Below, piece by piece: positions 59,290 to 64,000 of a stretch of DNA of 64,000 nt. The notes below the pieces were generated by a model. That model ran no database searches. It was not told where the DNA came from and saw nothing but the letters and a program-made list of their open reading frames with translations. Numbering within the stretch: position 1 is the first letter of the stretch; each line of letters opens with the position of its first letter. Position numbers and translations under genes: made by a program. This stretch comes from Thermodesulfobacteriota bacterium (GTDB taxonomy: Bacteria; Desulfobacterota; Desulfarculia; JACQYL01), in contig CAXXLZ010000002.1 of assembly GCA_963675595.2 (NCBI GenBank), forward strand, positions 2,432,001 through 2,496,000. Direction: 5' to 3'.

Positions 59290-60672
59290 ATGCGGTCCAA
59301 GAATTCCGATCCGCCTGAATCTCCGGAAACGTCCGAAACCTCTCCGCCCCTGGAACGTGTGGAAATCACCGGCTTGGCCCACGGCGGCTCGGGATTGGGA
59401 CGGATTCAGGGAAAGGTGATTTTCGTTCCCTTGTCGGTCCCCGGCGACGTGGTGCTGGTGGAACGCGTCCCAGGCAAGAAAGCCTACGACTGGGGACGGC
59501 TTCATCGGATTCTCGAGGACTCCCCGGATCGCCGCTCAACGCCTCCCTGCCCTTTGTTCGGGGACTGCGGAGGCTGCTCCTCTCAGCACATTCGCGACGA
59601 AGCCCAGCCCCGTCTCAAGGAAGCCCTGTTTCGAAACATGCTCGAACATCGCTGCGGCACGGACCCCGCACGGGTCCGGCCCGTGGTTCCGTCCCCGCTT
59701 CCCTTTGAGTACCGCACGAACCTCACCCTGAAGGTAAAAGGCGGACGCGCGGGCTTTTTCGCTCTTCGAAGCCATCACCTGGTTCCGGTAAACCGCTGCA
59801 TGCTCGCCCTGCCGCCCATCAATTGGGTCCTGGAACACCTGGACGGCGAGGTCGCGACCCTCAAGGCCGCGCGAGTCTCCGAAATGCGCCTGGCCACGAG
59901 TCCTTCGGACCCGCGCGTGCAGGTAAGCGTCAAAACGGAGGGAACCGTTGAAAAGGGCGCACTGCGGCGATTGACTTCCTGTTTCCAATCCGTGCCCGAA
60001 GTAATTTCCCTCACGGTGGAAGGAACCCGCCGCCGGCTCGTGTTTCCCGAAGACCCCTCACAAGCGCTTTTGTCTTTTCCCCTGCCCTCTTCCGGCATCC
60101 CTCGGCGGGAAAACCACACGACCGCTCTCGGTCCGGACGTATTCCTCCAAGCCAACCACCAGGTGAACCTCCTGATGATCCAGGAATTGCTCGCCTTTCT
60201 CGCCGGTCTGGGAAGCGGTTTGGACATTCTGGAGCTCTACGCCGGAGCGGGAAACTTCACCATCCCCATGGGCTTGGCGGGGCATAGGGTGACCGCCTGC
60301 GAGCTCCACCGACTTGCGGTGGAGAACGCGGCTCGGAACCTCGCGGAATTCGGTTTGGATTCGTGCTCCGTCCATCCCGTGGGAGCCGCACGGTTTCTAG
60401 AACGTGAACTCGCGGAGAGCAAGGTGCGGGACGTGCTGCTCGCGGACCCTCCCCGGTCGGGAATGAAAAAAGAGGCGGCACTCATTGCCGCCTTGCGCAC
60501 GCCTTATGTGCTGCTGGTCTCCTGCGAACCCGCCATGCTCTGCCGGGATCTGGGCGTGTTGTTCGAGGCGGGATACGTACTGGAATGGTCCCTTCCCCTG
60601 GACCAGTTTCCACAGACCTATCATCTGGAATCATTGAACGTGCTGCGGTTGTCGAAAACTCATGGAAGGTGA
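59290..60672 (+). CDS. rlmD: RlmD/TrmA-family RNA uracil-5 methyltransferase
   Basis: TRAM domain, CPLFGDCGGC, FLQAN, DPPRSG, VSC, DQFPQTYHLE; start uncertain. Confidence 0.85.
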   Translation: MRSKNSDPPESPETSETSPPLERVEITGLAHGGSGLGRIQGKVIFVPLSVPGDVVLVERVPGKKAYDWGRLHRILEDSPDRRSTPPCPLFGDCGGCSSQHIRDEAQPRLKEALFRNMLEHRCGTDPARVRPVVPSPLPFEYRTNLTLKVKGGRAGFFALRSHHLVPVNRCMLALPPINWVLEHLDGEVATLKAARVSEMRLATSPSDPRVQVSVKTEGTVEKGALRRLTSCFQSVPEVISLTVEGTRRRLVFPEDPSQALLSFPLPSSGIPRRENHTTALGPDVFLQANHQVNLLMIQELLAFLAGLGSGLDILELYAGAGNFTIPMGLAGHRVTACELHRLAVENAARNLAEFGLDSCSVHPVGAARFLERELAESKVRDVLLADPPRSGMKKEAALIAALRTPYVLLVSCEPAMLCRDLGVLFEAGYVLEWSLPLDQFPQTYHLESLNVLRLSKTHGR

Positions 60673-60920
60673 TTGAGACAAGCGGCCGGGGGGCGCTTTT
60701 TTTGACTCACATCGTCGCCGGGGGAACACGGTTCCCCCGGACCCCCTTGCGGGCTCCGTCCCTGGCGGGACGAAGCCGATCCGGGCATTCAGGCTGCAAC
60801 GCGCTGCGAACGACCCGTTCAGCAAATCCTACGAAGGCTCGGGAAGAAGTAGTGCAACCGTACGCCTCGACGGCCGTTTCCTTTGTCCGGAAAGGCCGAG
60901 CCGCCTGAAATCACCGGGGA

Positions 60921-61532
60921 TCAACCCGCGGAAGGTTCCAGCGTTTCGAGGATCAGCCGTTTCAATCTTTCCACTCCCACGGCTTCCCGCCGGATGAAAG
61001 GCAGGCCGGTTCGCTCCACGGTGCGATGAACCGCTTCCGAAGCCTCTTCCAGATTCCCTAAGGAGTCCAGCACCACGATCCCGTCCAACATGGAATACAT
61101 TCCGCGATGCCCCTCACGGTCCTTCACCACATGCGTCTTGGCGAATTCAACGAAACCGGGGGTCAGGAACAGCAGTTTGTGCTCAGGATCGATTTCGAGC
61201 AGCCTTCCATGTCCGCCGAGCAGGCAATCGATGCAATTGAGCGCGTCCACTTTCACGGCCCCGAACTCCTCCATCAATGCCCGCATTTCCCCATGGAAGC
61301 CCAGGCACAGGTCGCCGTAAAGGATCACGGGCCGTTCACAGCCGCGCGCCTTCTCCTTCTGGATTGCACCTCGGAGTCCCTTTTCCAGCAATCCGTAGTC
61401 GGTATGTAGCGCAGACGGCAGATAACGTACCGGGAGCTCCAAATCCCCGGTCCGGATGAGTGCGTCCACTTCCTCACGCAGGATCCCGCAGGAAATGAGA
61501 CACGAAGAGACGGTCTTTTCGGGGGAAGGCAT
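60921..61532 (-). CDS. DUF1638 family protein
   Basis: LISCGIL, LH, LYGDLC, NCIDCLLG, FLTPG. Confidence 0.8.
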   Translation of the reverse strand: MPSPEKTVSSCLISCGILREEVDALIRTGDLELPVRYLPSALHTDYGLLEKGLRGAIQKEKARGCERPVILYGDLCLGFHGEMRALMEEFGAVKVDALNCIDCLLGGHGRLLEIDPEHKLLFLTPGFVEFAKTHVVKDREGHRGMYSMLDGIVVLDSLGNLEEASEAVHRTVERTGLPFIRREAVGVERLKRLILETLEPSAG

Positions 61533-61628
61533 GTGCTTTTTCTCCTTATTCCCGGCCGGCTTTTTTCAACGGGCTTTTGTGGGTACGATTAACGGGGGAG
61601 GGAACGTGAGCGGAAAGCCCCCCACCCG

Positions 61629-61700
61629 GGTTGCGACGCGCAAGCGAGCAACCCGCTCAGGAAGTTTTGGAGAGGGTCATGGAGAACCCATGCATGAATC
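61629..61700 (+). repeat. Short palindromic repeat, family B
   Basis: GGTTGCGACGCGCAAGCGAGCAACCCG... Confidence 0.65.
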
Positions 61701-61746
61701 CCCCGACTGAATCGGGTCCTTCGGCCCCCCCTGCGGACGCGGGAGA

Positions 61747-62742
61747 TCAAGAAGCCGACGCCGCGTGCACGAAGACTCTCAGGTTTTCGATCTTGGCGGG
61801 AGGGTAGACGTCCGGCGGAGGCAGGACCACATGGGCTCCCCGGTCCAGAGCCTCCCGCACGACTCCCGCCACTTCGTCGCCGGTTCCGCGTGCCAGGAGG
61901 GTATATTGCCCGTAGATGGCGAACAGAGGCATGCCCTCGGGCAACCGTTCCCGCGTGGCCGCGATATCGCTTTCCTGGTCGATGCCCATGCCGTCGGGTT
62001 CGCATTCGAGCATGAGATCCAGCACCTTTCCCGTATGACCCGTAAGGGAAAGGAGCATGGGGCCGCGTTTCTCCGCAAACAAAGATTTGAGGTGCGGGAG
62101 CAGAAGATTTCGGAATACTTTGGGGGACACGGACGTTGCGGCTCCGTCCTCCACGGTGACGAACTCCGCCCCGGCTTGGACATAAAGGTCCCTGAGCCGC
62201 CGGAGAAACTCGGAGAGGCGAGCGATGATCGCTTCGGCACCGGCGGGATTCTTGAGCGTCATCACGAAAAAACGGTCCACGTCCATTACTTGCCCCGCCA
62301 AGGTGAACGGACCGGTGAGAAACATGCCCACGGCGCCCCGACCTTGTGATTCTTTTTTCGCCCGGTTCAGAGCTTCGAGAATCACAGGGATTCGCCCCGC
62401 TTCGGAGAGATCGTCCGGCACGACCAAGTCGTCGGCGCTTTGCACCGGTCGCTCCCTGATGGTGGGATAGATGGGGTTGCCGTCGATGGCCTCATGATAT
62501 TGCACCACCGCTCCCAGGACCTCGGCTTCCACGTTGAGATCGAAGGGCAAAGCGGTTCCTTCGAAACCGAGATCGAGCATGGACGTCGCCGCCTCGGCCA
62601 TGGCCCCCGCTTCCTGCAAAACCCGATTGAATTCCAGGTTCCGCTCCCGGAGCAGGGCCAGGGGGAGGTAAGGCATGGGGCAGAATACGGATCTCCGGCC
62701 TTTGCGATATCGGTTCATCAGGTCCGTCAAGGGATGGGTCAT
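61747..62742 (-). CDS. Uroporphyrinogen decarboxylase-fold / MtaA-CmuA-like protein
   Basis: PFDLNVEAEVLGA, GRIPVILEA, GPFTLA. Confidence 0.8.
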   Translation of the reverse strand: MTHPLTDLMNRYRKGRRSVFCPMPYLPLALLRERNLEFNRVLQEAGAMAEAATSMLDLGFEGTALPFDLNVEAEVLGAVVQYHEAIDGNPIYPTIRERPVQSADDLVVPDDLSEAGRIPVILEALNRAKKESQGRGAVGMFLTGPFTLAGQVMDVDRFFVMTLKNPAGAEAIIARLSEFLRRLRDLYVQAGAEFVTVEDGAATSVSPKVFRNLLLPHLKSLFAEKRGPMLLSLTGHTGKVLDLMLECEPDGMGIDQESDIAATRERLPEGMPLFAIYGQYTLLARGTGDEVAGVVREALDRGAHVVLPPPDVYPPAKIENLRVFVHAASAS

Positions 62743-62987
62743 ACGCGGGCTCCTCGGATGATCACCTAAAGCCTGTTGGTCGAAAAGCGAATCGCCAACG
62801 ACCAATTTGGATGACGGGAAGCAGCCTGTCAACCCTGCCCGCGCCGCACCCACTCCCGATCGCGCGGACCGGAATCCGGATCACCCGGCCTCAGCCGCAG
62901 CTTTCCTCGGCTTGGAATTTGTGCGAAACTGATGCCCGATGCATAACACAGACGGACCGTTGGACCGACGAACCTCCGGATATCACC

Positions 62988-63434
62988 GTGCAGACCTTTC
63001 TACCTTATGCGGATTTTGACCGTTCCGCCCGTTGCCTGGATTCCCGAAGACTCGGGAAACAACGCGTGGAAGCGCTGACGTTGCTGAACATCCTTGAATC
63101 CAGGACCGTCACCAAAGGCTGGAGAAACCATCCGGCCCTGCATATGTGGCAAGGGTACGCCGAGGCCCTCAAGCTCTATCTGAACGCATGCATCAACGAA
63201 TGGCTGCGGCGAGGATTTGTCAACCGGATTCCTTTGGAAGAGGTGGATAAGGACCGGTTGGTGATGCCTTGGTGGCTCGGGCGGGACGAATTCCATGCCT
63301 CCCACCGAGCCAACCTGCTGCGCAAGAACCCGGATTTCTACGGCGAATACGGGTGGACGGAAAACCCGGACACGCCTTACTGGTGGCCCACGCGTCACCT
63401 GAACCTGAAATCATCCGATGATTCCGTGAAATAA
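62988..63434 (+). CDS. MSMEG_6728 / pyrimidine-dimer DNA glycosylase-like protein
   Basis: (M)QTFLPY, LDSRRLGKQRVE, NHPALHMW, HASHRANLLRK. Confidence 0.8.
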   Translation: MQTFLPYADFDRSARCLDSRRLGKQRVEALTLLNILESRTVTKGWRNHPALHMWQGYAEALKLYLNACINEWLRRGFVNRIPLEEVDKDRLVMPWWLGRDEFHASHRANLLRKNPDFYGEYGWTENPDTPYWWPTRHLNLKSSDDSVK

Positions 63435-63495
63435 CCGCGAAGCACGGATTTTCGATCCGCGTCTCAATCGCTCGTCTACGCGGATCACCTTTTCT

Positions 63496-63525
63496 TTGAC
63501 ACCGCTTTCCCACCCTACGTATACT
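63496..63525 (+). promoter_or_regulatory. Putative sigma70 promoter
   Basis: TTGACA-18 nt-TATACT upstream of the ATG at 63579. Confidence 0.6.
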
Positions 63526-63578
63526 GTTTCCAGCTCAACACATTACGATCATCTCACCTTTCCATGTGAGGACCGCCC

Positions 63579-64000
63579 ATGAGGCACGTGATCATCGGTA
63601 ACGGTGTGGCGGGTGTCCATGCGGCCGAGACCATCCGGCACCTCGACCCCCAGGCTTCCATTACCATCATTGCCGGAGAGATTTTCCCTCCCTATTGTCG
63701 GCCCATGATCAGCTTGGTACTCGAAGGCAGTGTTCAACCGAAACAACTCCCCATCCGAGCTCCGGACTTCTATTCCAGACTGGACATCGAACCCATGACC
63801 GGGACCCGGGTTTCGGAAATCGACGTGGACAACCGGGAAGTGCGCACGAGCCGCAATGATCGGGTGGCTTACGACCGGTTGCTTATCGCGTCGGGCGCCG
63901 AACCGAGACCCCTCAACGTTCCCGGAACCGAACTCCGGAACATCTTTTTCATGCGGTCCGAAGGCCACGTGAACGGAATGATCGAGGCCTTGGAGAACGC
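63579..64000 (+). CDS. FAD/NAD(P)H-dependent oxidoreductase (NirB/rubredoxin-reductase-like), 3'-truncated
   Basis: MRHVIIGNGVAG, PPYCRPMIS, YDRLLIASGA; absent from the ORF track. Confidence 0.88.
   Translation, partial: MRHVIIGNGVAGVHAAETIRHLDPQASITIIAGEIFPPYCRPMISLVLEGSVQPKQLPIRAPDFYSRLDIEPMTGTRVSEIDVDNREVRTSRNDRVAYDRLLIASGAEPRPLNVPGTELRNIFFMRSEGHVNGMIEALEN

Overview
64-kb bacterial chromosomal window, mostly about 55-65% GC by eye. Gene content (DUF362/Fe-S/aldo-keto reductase cluster, DUF1638 plus an MtaA-like gene, a PocR hybrid kinase, a Sec-containing gene) suggests an anaerobic Desulfobacterota/Deltaproteobacteria-like organism (inference). It holds surface-polysaccharide genes, an EmrAB pump, a TonB/ABC uptake operon behind a terminator-containing leader, a Tat-exported lactonase-like enzyme, two hybrid kinases, several lipoproteins, hicBA with a frameshifted hicA, a low-GC HEPN-like gene and gatCA. 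Three highlights. (1) Two apparently identical IS110-family (IS1111-type) elements, each inserted at the same GGAAA core of a dispersed palindromic repeat. Their 3' non-coding end contains two matched loops whose short segments copy the target flanks and the element's own circle junction, i.e. a bridge/seek-RNA-type guide readable from the sequence, plus a circle-junction promoter. (2) An unannotated 86-aa UxxC selenoprotein with a SECIS-like hairpin. (3) A family of modular REP/MITE-like intergenic repeats that serve as the IS landing sites. All calls are by eye; no searches were run.
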